Below, one piece after another: positions 50,242 to 59,626 of a DNA stretch of 63,283 bases. The stretch spans positions 1-63,283 of the forward strand of contig JABXJW010000001.1 in NCBI GenBank assembly GCA_013375395.1, in the 5' to 3' direction. Numbering within the stretch: the stretch's first letter is position 1; each line of letters begins with the position of its first letter. The translations under genes and the position numbers were made by a program. The notes under the pieces are model-generated. The model ran no database searches and had not been told where the DNA came from. It saw only the letters and a list, made by a program, of their open reading frames with translations. The stretch is from Desulfobacterales bacterium. Lineage in GTDB: Bacteria > Desulfobacterota > Desulfobacteria > Desulfobacterales > C00003060.

Positions 50242-51660
50242 TCAAGTAGACGGCAAGAAAACCTTTTTGCATTTTTTTGGAGGGAGCCGGAGTCTCTTGA
50301 GGCCGATCTCTGCGACCTGCGAGATAGGATCATACATCTGTGAGACAGGCGGACTGTAGGAAAGTTCGGCGTCCACAAGGTCGTAAAGCGTCATGCCGCC
50401 ATGCACGGCAAGGGCAAAGACGTTGATTCTCCAGCCGGCCCCTTCTTTTCCCACAGCCTGTGCGCCCAGGATCTTGCCGTCCTTTGCATCGACGATGACC
50501 CTAAGATTTATCTCTTTTGCATCGGGCATGTAATGTGGCTTTGTGTCTCGCTTGGTAGATACTGCCTTTGCATCATAACCCAGGCTCTTTGCAGTCTGTA
50601 GAGAATATCCGGTCGAGGCGATTTCCAGGCCACCGATGAACGCAACAAAGGTATTCAGCGCCCCCGGATAAAAGGTGTTTCCTCCGGCAGCATTTATTCC
50701 TGCCGTCATCCCTTGCCGATAGGCTGATGTGGCAAGCTGCATCGTAGCAGGAGTCTCATCTATGCGGGAATAGGTTTGGACAAGATCTCCAACAGCATAG
50801 ACATTTTCAACGGATGTTTCCATCCTGTTGTTCACCACGACCAGGCCTTTTTCAGTTTTCGCACCAACGATGTCGGCCAGCTTCGTGTTCCCGCTCACCC
50901 CTGCGGCCATGACGACTATGTCGCAGCCGATGGTCTCCCCGGCGATCTCCACAGATTCCACTCTCTGGGCACCGTTGATCCGGTCTATGCCTTTTCCGAA
51001 AAGAACCCTTATCCCCAGTTTTTCCAAATGCTCAACTACAATCTTTCCCATCTCCGGGTCCAGGTTGCGGGGAAACGGGTCCGGGGTCCTCTTGGTGACT
51101 GCGACATCGAACCCCAGTCTCTTTAGTGCCACAGCTACCTCAAGACCCACAGCGCCTCCGCCCACAACTACCGCACTCTTTTTCTTCGATGATCTTGCGG
51201 CCTTAAGAAGGGCATTGCTGTTTTCTATGTTCGATACAAAATGGACACCTTTCCCCAAAAGCTCCTTTGCGCCTGGGAGCGGCAGATTGACGGGGGATGC
51301 ACCGGTTGCAAGTATGAGCGAATCGTATCTGATCTCCTTTTCTTCTGAAGTGGCAAGGTCTGCAGCCTTGACTGTCTTTTTCTTGCCGTCAACAGAGACA
51401 ACTTCATGATGAAGGAGCTTGGTAAGCTTGTCTCCTATTTCAGGCACATCGTACTTTAGCTCCTCAAAGTCTTTGATTACCCCCTCGATGACAAAGGGAA
51501 GTCCGCAAGGGGAGAACTGATCAAAGTCCCTCTTTTCAATAATTGTTACACGGCATTTCCGGTTAAAGCCAAGCGCGCTCTTTGAGGCATAAAGCCCACC
51601 CACGCCGAGCCCGACGATTACTATTTCTAAAGGGGTGTTCCTGGTTGCGGCTTCGTTCAT
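50242..51660 (-). CDS. Nox/CoA-disulfide-reductase-type FAD-dependent pyridine nucleotide-disulfide oxidoreductase
   Basis: 472 aa. GLGVGG, single redox Cys in FSPCGLPF, and a second Rossmann fold VVGGGAVGLE. No CxxxxC disulfide of Lpd type. Confidence 0.75.
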   Translation of the reverse strand: MNEAATRNTPLEIVIVGLGVGGLYASKSALGFNRKCRVTIIEKRDFDQFSPCGLPFVIEGVIKDFEELKYDVPEIGDKLTKLLHHEVVSVDGKKKTVKAADLATSEEKEIRYDSLILATGASPVNLPLPGAKELLGKGVHFVSNIENSNALLKAARSSKKKSAVVVGGGAVGLEVAVALKRLGFDVAVTKRTPDPFPRNLDPEMGKIVVEHLEKLGIRVLFGKGIDRINGAQRVESVEIAGETIGCDIVVMAAGVSGNTKLADIVGAKTEKGLVVVNNRMETSVENVYAVGDLVQTYSRIDETPATMQLATSAYRQGMTAGINAAGGNTFYPGALNTFVAFIGGLEIASTGYSLQTAKSLGYDAKAVSTKRDTKPHYMPDAKEINLRVIVDAKDGKILGAQAVGKEGAGWRINVFALAVHGGMTLYDLVDAELSYSPPVSQMYDPISQVAEIGLKRLRLPPKKCKKVFLPST

Positions 51661-51714
51661 ATTATCAGTCTCGTAGCAATTTAGTCCTTTGAAAATTCGG
51701 TCTGATGCATCCGG

Positions 51715-53172
51715 TTATCCCGCCAAACATGGCTTCCTGGCAGCGGTTACCTCATCGAGTCTTTTTACTTTGCAGTTTTTTGGCGCCCCGTGGAGCAAGT
51801 CCGCACTTTGTCCGGCCTCACGTGCGATGGCCTTGAATGCCTCAATAAACTGATCAATATTCTCCTTGGACTCTGTCTCGGTCGGCTCCACCATTATGGC
51901 GCCGTGTACTACCAGAGGAAAATAGATGGTGGGCGGATGAAATCCGTAATCCATGAGGCGCTTGGCCATATCAAGGGTTGTGACATTATCGGCGGCCTGA
52001 TCTTTATCTGAAAAGACGCATTCGTGCATGCAAGGCCTGTCATAGGGAAGATGCAATGTCCCTTTTAGCTTCTCTTTGACATAGTTTGCATTCAATACGG
52101 CAAGCTGGCTTGCCTTCTTCAAATTCTCAGGCCCCATACTGCATATATAACTGTATGCCTTTATCATCACCCCAAAACTTCCGTGAAAGGCTTGCAGTTT
52201 GCCTATCGATTCAGGATAGTTTTCCGAAAGCGCGTATTTGCCGTTTTCCTCAACCACCCGCGGAACAGGAAGAAACGGTTCAAGATGCTTGTTGACACAC
52301 ACAGGACCGGAGCCGGGCCCTCCTCCCCCGTGCGGCGTTGAAAAGGTCTTGTGCAGGTTCAGTTGCATCACGTCAACCCCGGTCTCGCCCATTTTTACAA
52401 TACCCATAACCGCATTGACGTTTGCGCCGTCACAATAGACCAGCCCACCTTTGGAATGGACGATTTCGGCTATTTCCCTGATATTTTCTTCAAAAAGGCC
52501 GAGCGTGTTTGGGTTGGTCACCATGATTCCTGCCGTGTCTTCGTCCATGAGCTCGGCAACGGCCTCAGGGGAAAGCATCCCCTGCTCGTTAGATGTCACA
52601 GGTACGGGCCGGTAGCCGAACAGGGCTGCACTGGCAGGGTTTGTACCGTGCGCAGTATCAGGCACTATGATCTTTGAACGTTGCGACCCCTTGCTTTTGT
52701 GGTATGCGTGAATGAGAAGCATCCCGCAAAGCTCCCCGTGGGCCCCTGCCGCAGGCTGAAGGGTGATCGCGTCCATTCCGGTGATCTCTGCAAGATATTG
52801 CTCAAGCTCGAACATCATCCTGAGCGCTCCCTGGCACAGATCAGCCGGAAGCAGGGGATGTGCTCCGGTAAAGCCAGGAAGGCTTGCCTGTTTTTCGTTG
52901 GTCTTCGGATTGTACTTCATGGTGCATGAGCCCAACGGGTACATGCCTGTATCCACCCCGAAATTCCACTGGGAAAGCCTTGTGTAGTGGCGGACTATGT
53001 CAACCTCGCTCAAATCCGGAAAGTCAGGGCCTTCGCCGGTAAGCTCCCGGTCAAGAGGGCGTGGTTCAACGTCACGTCTGGGAAGTGAAAATGCACACCT
53101 TCCCTTTTTCCCTTTTTCCCAAAGGAGCGGTTCATTAAGCATCAGACCTGTGGCGCCCAAAGGTTCTTTCAT
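51715..53172 (-). CDS. gcvPB: glycine dehydrogenase (decarboxylating) subunit 2
   Basis: PLGSCTMKYN and NLHKTFSTPHGGGGPG. ATG 53172 overlaps the gcvPA TGA as ATGA. Confidence 0.9.
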   Translation of the reverse strand: MKEPLGATGLMLNEPLLWEKGKKGRCAFSLPRRDVEPRPLDRELTGEGPDFPDLSEVDIVRHYTRLSQWNFGVDTGMYPLGSCTMKYNPKTNEKQASLPGFTGAHPLLPADLCQGALRMMFELEQYLAEITGMDAITLQPAAGAHGELCGMLLIHAYHKSKGSQRSKIIVPDTAHGTNPASAALFGYRPVPVTSNEQGMLSPEAVAELMDEDTAGIMVTNPNTLGLFEENIREIAEIVHSKGGLVYCDGANVNAVMGIVKMGETGVDVMQLNLHKTFSTPHGGGGPGSGPVCVNKHLEPFLPVPRVVEENGKYALSENYPESIGKLQAFHGSFGVMIKAYSYICSMGPENLKKASQLAVLNANYVKEKLKGTLHLPYDRPCMHECVFSDKDQAADNVTTLDMAKRLMDYGFHPPTIYFPLVVHGAIMVEPTETESKENIDQFIEAFKAIAREAGQSADLLHGAPKNCKVKRLDEVTAARKPCLAG

Positions 53173-54500
53173 GACTTGACCTCCCTGACCAGCTTGTCCA
53201 TATCTTCCTTGGACATGACCTCCGTCACACATAAGAGACAGTGGTTGGCAAGCTCAGGATAGTAGGAAGCCAAGGGCAGACCTGCTACTATCTTTTTCTC
53301 AAGTAAACGCTTGTATGTGGCCTTAAAGCCTTCGGGGAATTCCACCACGAATTCGTTGAATGTGGGCGCGCCAAATGGAATCTTGAATCCAGCCTTCTTG
53401 AGTTCGGATTTAAGGTACTCGGCCTTGTCATGGTTGAGACCGGCAAGCTCCCGTATGCCGGCGCCCCCGACAGAGGCCATATACATTGCAGCCGCCAGGG
53501 CACATAGGCTGTTGTTGGTGCAGATATTGGAAGTCGCTTTTTGCCTGCGAATATGCTGCTCGCGGGTTGCAAGCGTCAGGACAAAGCCCCTTTTTCCGTC
53601 CAGATCCTTGGTTTGGCCTACCAGGCGGCCGGGCAGGCTGCGCATATGCTTCTTTCTGCTTGCAAGCACCCCGAGCGCCGGTCCTCCGAACGAACAGGGG
53701 ATGCCGAGGCTCTGGCCTTCTCCGCATACAATGTCTGCGCCTTGACTGCCGGGGGGGTTCAGGAGCCCGTAAGAAAGGGCTTCCGTAAAGGAAGCTACAA
53801 AAAGGGCCTGTCTGTCATGAGCCTTTTCCCCTGCTGCCTGGAGGTTCTCAATGCATCCGAAAAAATTGGGCGACTGAATTGCAACGGCTGCAAGATCGTC
53901 CATGCCATCGGTTGCGGCAAGATCTGTCAGGCCGTTTTCAAGATAGCCGAGTTCCACAACCTCATAGCTGGTGGGCTTAAAATAGGTTCGAACCACTTGA
54001 CGATACAGGGGATGAATCAGGCTTGAAACAGCGACTCTTCTTCGTCTTGTCACGCGAATTGCCATAAGGAGTGATTCGGCTAGGGCCGTGGCGCCATCGT
54101 AGTGCGATGCGGTTGCCACTTCCATGCCGACAAGCCGGGCGGCAAGCGTCTGATACTCATAAATCGCCTGAAGCGTCCCCTGGCTCATTTCCGGCTGATA
54201 GGGAGTGTATGATGTTACAAACTCAGAACGGCCCAAAAGGTAAGACACGGAGGCGGGAATGAAATGTTCATAGCTTCCTGCCCCAATGAAAACTTTGTAC
54301 TCAGGAGAGACGGCCATTGTGTTGGAAAAGGCGGCCATACGGTCATTTAGTTCCCACTCGGTCAACTGCTCCGGCAGATTCAGATCTCCCTTGAAACGGC
54401 AATCCTCGGGGACGGTGGCAAAAAGATCATCCAGGTCGGCAACACCCACAACCTGAAGCATTGAGGCAATATCTTCACTGGTATGAGGCAAGTAAAGCAT
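53169..54500 (-). CDS. gcvPA: glycine dehydrogenase (decarboxylating) subunit 1
   Basis: 443 aa. Motifs TYTPYQPEMSQGTLQ and SFGGP. Confidence 0.9.
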   Translation of the reverse strand: MLYLPHTSEDIASMLQVVGVADLDDLFATVPEDCRFKGDLNLPEQLTEWELNDRMAAFSNTMAVSPEYKVFIGAGSYEHFIPASVSYLLGRSEFVTSYTPYQPEMSQGTLQAIYEYQTLAARLVGMEVATASHYDGATALAESLLMAIRVTRRRRVAVSSLIHPLYRQVVRTYFKPTSYEVVELGYLENGLTDLAATDGMDDLAAVAIQSPNFFGCIENLQAAGEKAHDRQALFVASFTEALSYGLLNPPGSQGADIVCGEGQSLGIPCSFGGPALGVLASRKKHMRSLPGRLVGQTKDLDGKRGFVLTLATREQHIRRQKATSNICTNNSLCALAAAMYMASVGGAGIRELAGLNHDKAEYLKSELKKAGFKIPFGAPTFNEFVVEFPEGFKATYKRLLEKKIVAGLPLASYYPELANHCLLCVTEVMSKEDMDKLVREVKS

Positions 54501-54905
54501 CTACTCCGCTCCTTTCAGCTTTTCCAGGTAATCTTTGTTAGTCATGAGGGCGTCCAGCTCAGACGGATCATTGAGCTTGACCTCAACGAACCATCCATCG
54601 CCGTATGGGCTTTTGTTCACCAGCTCAGGCGATTCTTCAAGGGCCGTGTTTACGGCTGTAATTTCTCCGCCCACCGGCAGGTAGCATTCGGAAACGGCCT
54701 TGACAGATTCTACGGTTGCAAATTCTTCCCCTTTCTTAAAGGTGTCACCCACCTGTGGTAGTTCCACGAAAACAATGTCTCCGAGTTGGTCCTGGGCATA
54801 GTCGTCAATGCCGGTCCTTATCTTGTCGCCTTCAAGCCTGGCCCACTCGTGATCCTCTGCATAGCGGATATCATCGGGCAGATCGAGTTCGCTGATTTTC
54901 TTCAT
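54501..54905 (-). CDS. gcvH: glycine cleavage system H protein
   Basis: 134 aa. Lipoyl-lysine motif TVESVKAVSE. Confidence 0.9.
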   Translation of the reverse strand: MKKISELDLPDDIRYAEDHEWARLEGDKIRTGIDDYAQDQLGDIVFVELPQVGDTFKKGEEFATVESVKAVSECYLPVGGEITAVNTALEESPELVNKSPYGDGWFVEVKLNDPSELDALMTNKDYLEKLKGAE

Positions 54906-55023
54906 GAGCGACTCCTCCTCTTCATGTATAAGATTTTTCGGTCTAGCGGACGAGGTGCATAACGACTGAAAGGTTTAGCGCTTATCACATACCACATTTG
55001 TATGCAAATACCGCATTGCAAAG

Positions 55024-55052
55024 TTGACGAAAACCCTCGAGCCTGCTAATAT
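55024..55052 (+). promoter_or_regulatory. sigma70-type promoter for the gcvT fusion gene
   Basis: TTGACG (55024-55029), 17 nt, then TAATAT (55047-55052). Confidence 0.55.
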
Positions 55053-55062
55053 GCTCTCATTC

Positions 55063-55112
55063 ATGATGAGACCTCCTGTTGATGGGACTTCTTGACAGGA
55101 GGATTCTTTTTT
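55063..55112 (+). promoter_or_regulatory. leader: 10-codon uORF plus CCUCCUGU/ACAGGAGG hairpin plus U-tract
   Basis: uORF ATGATGAGACCTCCTGTTGATGGGACTTCTTGA (MMRPPVDGTS). Stem 55072-55079 pairs with 55095-55102, followed by attctttttt. Confidence 0.35.
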
Positions 55113-55124
55113 ATGGGGTGACAT

Positions 55125-57776
55125 ATGAGCAAGCTTCAACGAACGATTTTCTACGACCAACACGTGGCCATGGGCGCCAAGATAGTCGAATTCGGCGGCT
55201 GGGAGATGCCGATTTTCTACCCCACCGGCATTGTGGAGGAGCATCTGGCCACCCGCAAGGGGGCTGGGCTTTTTGACGTCTCACACATGGGCCGGTTCAT
55301 CCTCCGTGGCGCCGGGGCAATAAAGTTTCTCCAGCACGTCTTGAGCAACAACGCACAGGCCCTCGATAGAAGAGAGACAGGCGCTCAGTACACGTTCATC
55401 ACCAACAAATCCGGCGGCGCCGTAGACGATGCATATCTCTATCAATTCATAGACGATGAATATCTGCTGGTAGTCAACGCCGCCAACCGCGACAAAGACT
55501 GGAATCACCTCCAGACACTTGTGAAGGACTTTGGTGATGCTGAACTGATCGACCGTACCAAAGAAATAGCCATGATTTCGCTCCAGGGGCCCAAATCGCG
55601 CGACCTGCTGGAAGAGATAATAGGGTCCGGCCGGCTCCCTGAGCCGATTCGAAACGCCGTGAGCATGGTGACGATCTCGAACGCCGAGGTGAAGTTGGCC
55701 CGCACCGGCTACACGGGGGAGCCGTTGTGTTTTGAGCTTTTTGCCGACCGAGGCGACGGTCCGATGCTGTGGGACCTGATCCTCGCCAAGGGCGCCACAC
55801 CCATCGGCCTTGGCGCAAGGGATACGCTCCGCCTGGAGGCAGGGCTGCCCCTTTACGGTCATGAGCTGGGTGAGGACCCGGAGGGCAAGGAAGTTCCCAT
55901 CATGGCCTGTCCTCTGGCAAAGTTTGCCGTGAGTTTTTCGCCGCTAAAAGGAAATTTTCTAGGCCGTGCAGCGCTGACCACACAGCACGAAGCGTTCAAG
56001 AAGTTTGTTTCCCGCGACTACTCTCTTATCCATAACCTGCCTCGCATGATCAGGCCGATCGCCGTGGCAGGGCGTGGCATTGCCCGAGAAGGAGCCAGGG
56101 TGTTTAAGGACGACAAGCACGTCGGCTACGTCACCAGCGGCACCATGGTCCCGTTTTGGGTCTTTGAGGGTAAAGGGCTCGACTCCGTGCAGACCGACCG
56201 GCACCAGCTAAGATCGATCTGCCTTGGATACATCGACAGCGACCTCATTGAAGACGATAGGCTAACCATAGAGATTCGCGGCAAGGCGGTTGATGCCGTG
56301 GTGGTGCCTTTCCACATGCGCACCGAGGCCCCGCCGTATGCCCGCCCGATCGTGTTCGATCACGAAATGCCGGAAGAAGAACCGCCGACAGGTGACGTGC
56401 CGGCCAAAGTCCGCAGGCTCCTGGAAAAGACCGTGGAAAACACGCTGTGGCGACAACGCGAGTGCATCAACCTGATTCCCTCGGAAATGACGTTTTCCCC
56501 AATGACCCGGCTGATTTCGGTGATGGACCCTGCTTTCCGCTATGCCGAGCACAAAGAGTCCATGGCATTCTACGACACCGAAATCTTCTATTACCAGGGA
56601 ACCGGTTTCATTGGCGAAGTGGAGCGGATGCTGGAAAAAGAGATGCGAAAATTCCTCGGCTGCGAGAATGTCGAAACGCGCCTCCTCAGCGGACAGATGG
56701 CCAATACCGCCGTTTTCAGCGCAATGGTCGACTACATCAATCGCGCAGACCGCAAGTGCGAGCCTCGGCGAATTCGCCAAGTGATGAACAACCATATCGG
56801 AAAGGGCGGCCACCTCAGTGCCCAACCAATGGGCGCGCTAAAAGACTATGTGGCCCGGAGCCCGCGCACGGAGCGCCCTGCCGTGGTAAATTTCCCGGTG
56901 TTGGCGGAAAACCCTTACAAGATAGACGTTCCGGCCACGCTGGAATTGATCGCGGAATACCGGCCCGAGCTGATCATTTTCGGCAAGAGCATGGTCCTGC
57001 ACAAGGAGCCTGTGGCCGAGATCCGCAACTTTGTCGACGCCCAGAAGATCGATGCTGTGGTGATGTACGACATGGCCCACGTGCTGGGGCTCATCGGTCC
57101 GCACTTCCAGAAGCCCTTTGACGAAGGGGCCGATATAGTCACCGGGTCGACGCACAAGACCTTCTTCGGCACACAGCGCGGTGTGGTGGGAAACCGTTTC
57201 AAGGAGCACGAGGAGCGCTACGCGCTTTGGGAGGCCCTGGTTCGCCGCACCTTTCCAGGCTCGGTCTCAAACCATCACCTTGGCACATTGCTGGGACTGC
57301 TAATGGCTACCTACGAGATGAATCACTTCAAAGACGAATACCAGTCCCAGGTCATCGCCAATGCGAAGGTATTCGCCCCGGCCCTGGCAGACTGCGGGCT
57401 CGATGTGGCAGGAGATCCCGCCATCGATTTTACCGAAACCCACCAGGTGGTGGTGCGCGTGGGCTACGGCCGCGGGCCGGAAATAGCCGGCAGGCTAGAG
57501 GCCAACAACATCATCTGCAACTACCAGGCGGCAACCGACGAAGAAAGCTTTACCGCCTCCGGCGCCCTGCGCATGGGGGTTTCGGAGATGACCCGCTTCG
57601 GCATGGAACAAGACGACTTCCGCACACTGGCCGGGCTGATCCATGACGTGGTGGCAAACAATGCCGGTGTCGCAGATCAGGTCAAGGCGCTCCGGCAACG
57701 ATTTTGCGAACTGCGGTTCTGCTTCCGCGGCAACGAATATGCCGATCTGCTGCAAAAACTGCACGAGCTTCTGTAG
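55125..57776 (+). CDS. gcvT: fusion protein: aminomethyltransferase (GcvT) N-terminal half plus divergent serine hydroxymethyltransferase-like C-terminal half
   Basis: 883 aa. N-terminal GWEMPIFY, GLFDVSHMGRF, RTGYTGE. C-terminal LIPSEMT, GGHLS, DMAHVLGLI, GSTHKTFFGTQRG (PLP-Lys context), FPG. Confidence 0.8.
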   Translation: MSKLQRTIFYDQHVAMGAKIVEFGGWEMPIFYPTGIVEEHLATRKGAGLFDVSHMGRFILRGAGAIKFLQHVLSNNAQALDRRETGAQYTFITNKSGGAVDDAYLYQFIDDEYLLVVNAANRDKDWNHLQTLVKDFGDAELIDRTKEIAMISLQGPKSRDLLEEIIGSGRLPEPIRNAVSMVTISNAEVKLARTGYTGEPLCFELFADRGDGPMLWDLILAKGATPIGLGARDTLRLEAGLPLYGHELGEDPEGKEVPIMACPLAKFAVSFSPLKGNFLGRAALTTQHEAFKKFVSRDYSLIHNLPRMIRPIAVAGRGIAREGARVFKDDKHVGYVTSGTMVPFWVFEGKGLDSVQTDRHQLRSICLGYIDSDLIEDDRLTIEIRGKAVDAVVVPFHMRTEAPPYARPIVFDHEMPEEEPPTGDVPAKVRRLLEKTVENTLWRQRECINLIPSEMTFSPMTRLISVMDPAFRYAEHKESMAFYDTEIFYYQGTGFIGEVERMLEKEMRKFLGCENVETRLLSGQMANTAVFSAMVDYINRADRKCEPRRIRQVMNNHIGKGGHLSAQPMGALKDYVARSPRTERPAVVNFPVLAENPYKIDVPATLELIAEYRPELIIFGKSMVLHKEPVAEIRNFVDAQKIDAVVMYDMAHVLGLIGPHFQKPFDEGADIVTGSTHKTFFGTQRGVVGNRFKEHEERYALWEALVRRTFPGSVSNHHLGTLLGLLMATYEMNHFKDEYQSQVIANAKVFAPALADCGLDVAGDPAIDFTETHQVVVRVGYGRGPEIAGRLEANNIICNYQAATDEESFTASGALRMGVSEMTRFGMEQDDFRTLAGLIHDVVANNAGVADQVKALRQRFCELRFCFRGNEYADLLQKLHELL

Positions 57777-57839
57777 CTTGTCGCGAATAATCGCGCGCAA
57801 TTACTACCGAGAAACTGCAAGTAAATGGCGACGAATTTA

Positions 57840-57869
57840 AGGCAAAGCCGAAAATGGCTCTGCCTTTTT
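57840..57869 (+). terminator. rho-independent terminator
   Basis: ggcaaagcc-gaaaat-ggctctgcc followed by tttttt, 64 nt after the gcvT-fusion stop. Confidence 0.6.
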
Positions 57870-57915
57870 TGTCTGAGTGTCCGTATATTGCGGCAAATTA
57901 CTTATAGAAGTTGTC

Positions 57916-58407
57916 TTAAACCTGAAACGGCATCTCTTTTTTGCTTATTATTTTTTTGCCTATCATTGAAGTTTCCACATCTATTGCAGGATATTCGCCC
58001 AAGACTTCAGCGGTTTCACACAATTTAATTCCGTTGAGTTGCAAGTCAAAATCTTTGAGCAGCGAAAAAAACTCTTTGTATGTGACAGGACGTGTTTCAA
58101 GACTAATACTGTAATCTTTGCCTAGGTGATAAGTATTGGCGAAATGATGTATCAAAAGATAAAAACATGCGGCAGAGAGGTATTTGGATTCGACCTGTTT
58201 GGAGAGTTCCGGGCAAAACCTACTGACATGAATTTCTTTTGAATTCCTGTTCAAGGAGATAACAATTGCATAAGAGATCTGCTCTTTTGAGTCTTTATCT
58301 GTAATGAAGTATTCAATGCAATCGTCCTCCTTGTAGTAAGAAAGCTCATATCTGCTCAAAAGGCGAGGCACGTTCTTTTTCATGAAATTTGATTCTATCG
58401 AAGCCAT
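57916..58407 (-). CDS. hypothetical protein (orphan, AT-rich)
   Basis: 163-aa intact ORF in AT-rich DNA. No motif recognised. Confidence 0.5.
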   Translation of the reverse strand: MASIESNFMKKNVPRLLSRYELSYYKEDDCIEYFITDKDSKEQISYAIVISLNRNSKEIHVSRFCPELSKQVESKYLSAACFYLLIHHFANTYHLGKDYSISLETRPVTYKEFFSLLKDFDLQLNGIKLCETAEVLGEYPAIDVETSMIGKKIISKKEMPFQV

Positions 58408-58675
58408 TCTACCATCCCCATGAAAAGGCTGGTTTTCTTATGCGCGACACCGGGAGTCGCCGAGGACGCGCAGTCGCTCCACAGACTCCAAATGACGGAA
58501 TGACCAGCGGAGCAACATGAGCAGTTACCTCATATCAGGAGGAACGATGAGGTGCAGTTAAGAAGAGTGAGAATTGTTTTAGGCTAAGTCGCTTTCCCCG
58601 GCCAGCTTCGTATGCGTTCCATGCAATGGGTTGTGGAGCAAAAAATCCTAATAGTATGTCACCTATACGAAACGA

Positions 58676-59104
58676 TTAGACTATGTCGACCAGCCGGATA
58701 TGAAAAGTAAGATCCTTGCCTGCCAAAGGATGGTTGGCATCCAATGTCACACTCGCCTCCGAGACATCGGTAACAGTCACCAAAAAGGGGTTGCCGTCTG
58801 GTTGGCGGACTTGTAACTGCTGATCAACCTGTGGCTCCACATCCCCCGGCAATTCGCTTCGATTCACCACTATTACCATTTCATCACGGTATGGGCCATA
58901 GGCATCGTCTGCCGGAAACTTGGCGGTTTTCGATTCGCCGGGACTCATGTCAATCACCGCCTGTTCAAAGCCCGGGATTATCTGTCCCTGACCTATTGTA
59001 AATTCCAAAGGATCTCGGTCCGCTGATGTATCAAACACGGTTCCATCATCAAGCTTGCCAGTATAGTGAACCTTAACGGTATCACCATCTTTTGCCTGTG
59101 CCAT
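58676..59104 (-). CDS. FKBP-type peptidyl-prolyl isomerase
   Basis: VKVHYTGKLDDGTVFDTS...EFTIGQGQIIPGFEQAV. Confidence 0.85.
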   Translation of the reverse strand: MAQAKDGDTVKVHYTGKLDDGTVFDTSADRDPLEFTIGQGQIIPGFEQAVIDMSPGESKTAKFPADDAYGPYRDEMVIVVNRSELPGDVEPQVDQQLQVRQPDGNPFLVTVTDVSEASVTLDANHPLAGKDLTFHIRLVDIV

Positions 59105-59433
59105 TCTTTTCTCCTTTCAGTTTTTCAGGATGTCCCTAGCAGCTTTCGGCTATGTTAAAAAAAGGACAGCTCGCCTTGCCTCTACGAGATGCCCTGTAAC
59201 AACTTTGTTGATGCGAGTTAAGTCATTACAACGTTCCTGGCCCTTGGTCGCTCGCCCTGCGTCAAAGGTCACGCTGTCGCTTTCAGCAAGTGTCTTGAAC
59301 CGGACTCGCTGATGGTGGAGTGATGAAAAAATACGCCCTTCTCGCCCTCCTGCTCAATGAAGCCGGACACCCAATAAAAGACTCTTGAGAACCCGAGATT
59401 GGACTATATTCTTGAAAAATAAAAAAAATATAG

Positions 59434-59626
59434 CTAGTGCCCATCCATAAATGAATCTTTAGACGATTGGCACTAGCGTAAGTTTCCAATTCAGAAATGA
59501 GCAATTTTTCGCAAGGTCAAGGAAATCAAGGGATTGCGCGGAGACGTACATTGGTACGTCGCACAAGCGATCCCGCAGATTGACGCCGAGATTGCGTAAA
59601 AGGGCCATTTATGGATGGAAACTAAG
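59434..59626 (+). mobile_element. MITE family C, copy L (193 bp)
   Basis: Terminal inverted repeats ctagtgcccatccataaatg ... catttatggatggaaactaag. Homologous to 61876-62145 in reverse orientation. Confidence 0.7.

Noticed and set aside
55113-55121. Mini-ORF ATG-GGG-TGA (Met-Gly-stop) 3 nt before the gcvT ATG, tempting as a glycine-sensing device.
   Set aside because: The same bases (GGGGTGA) are the most likely Shine-Dalgarno sequence for gcvT. The mini-ORF is probably coincidental.
54906-55124. A glycine riboswitch was expected between gcvH and gcvT.
   Set aside because: I could not find the conserved GGAGAG...CACCG / CTCTGGAGAG-type cores on either strand. Only a simple hairpin leader is present. 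A covariance-model search would be needed for certainty.
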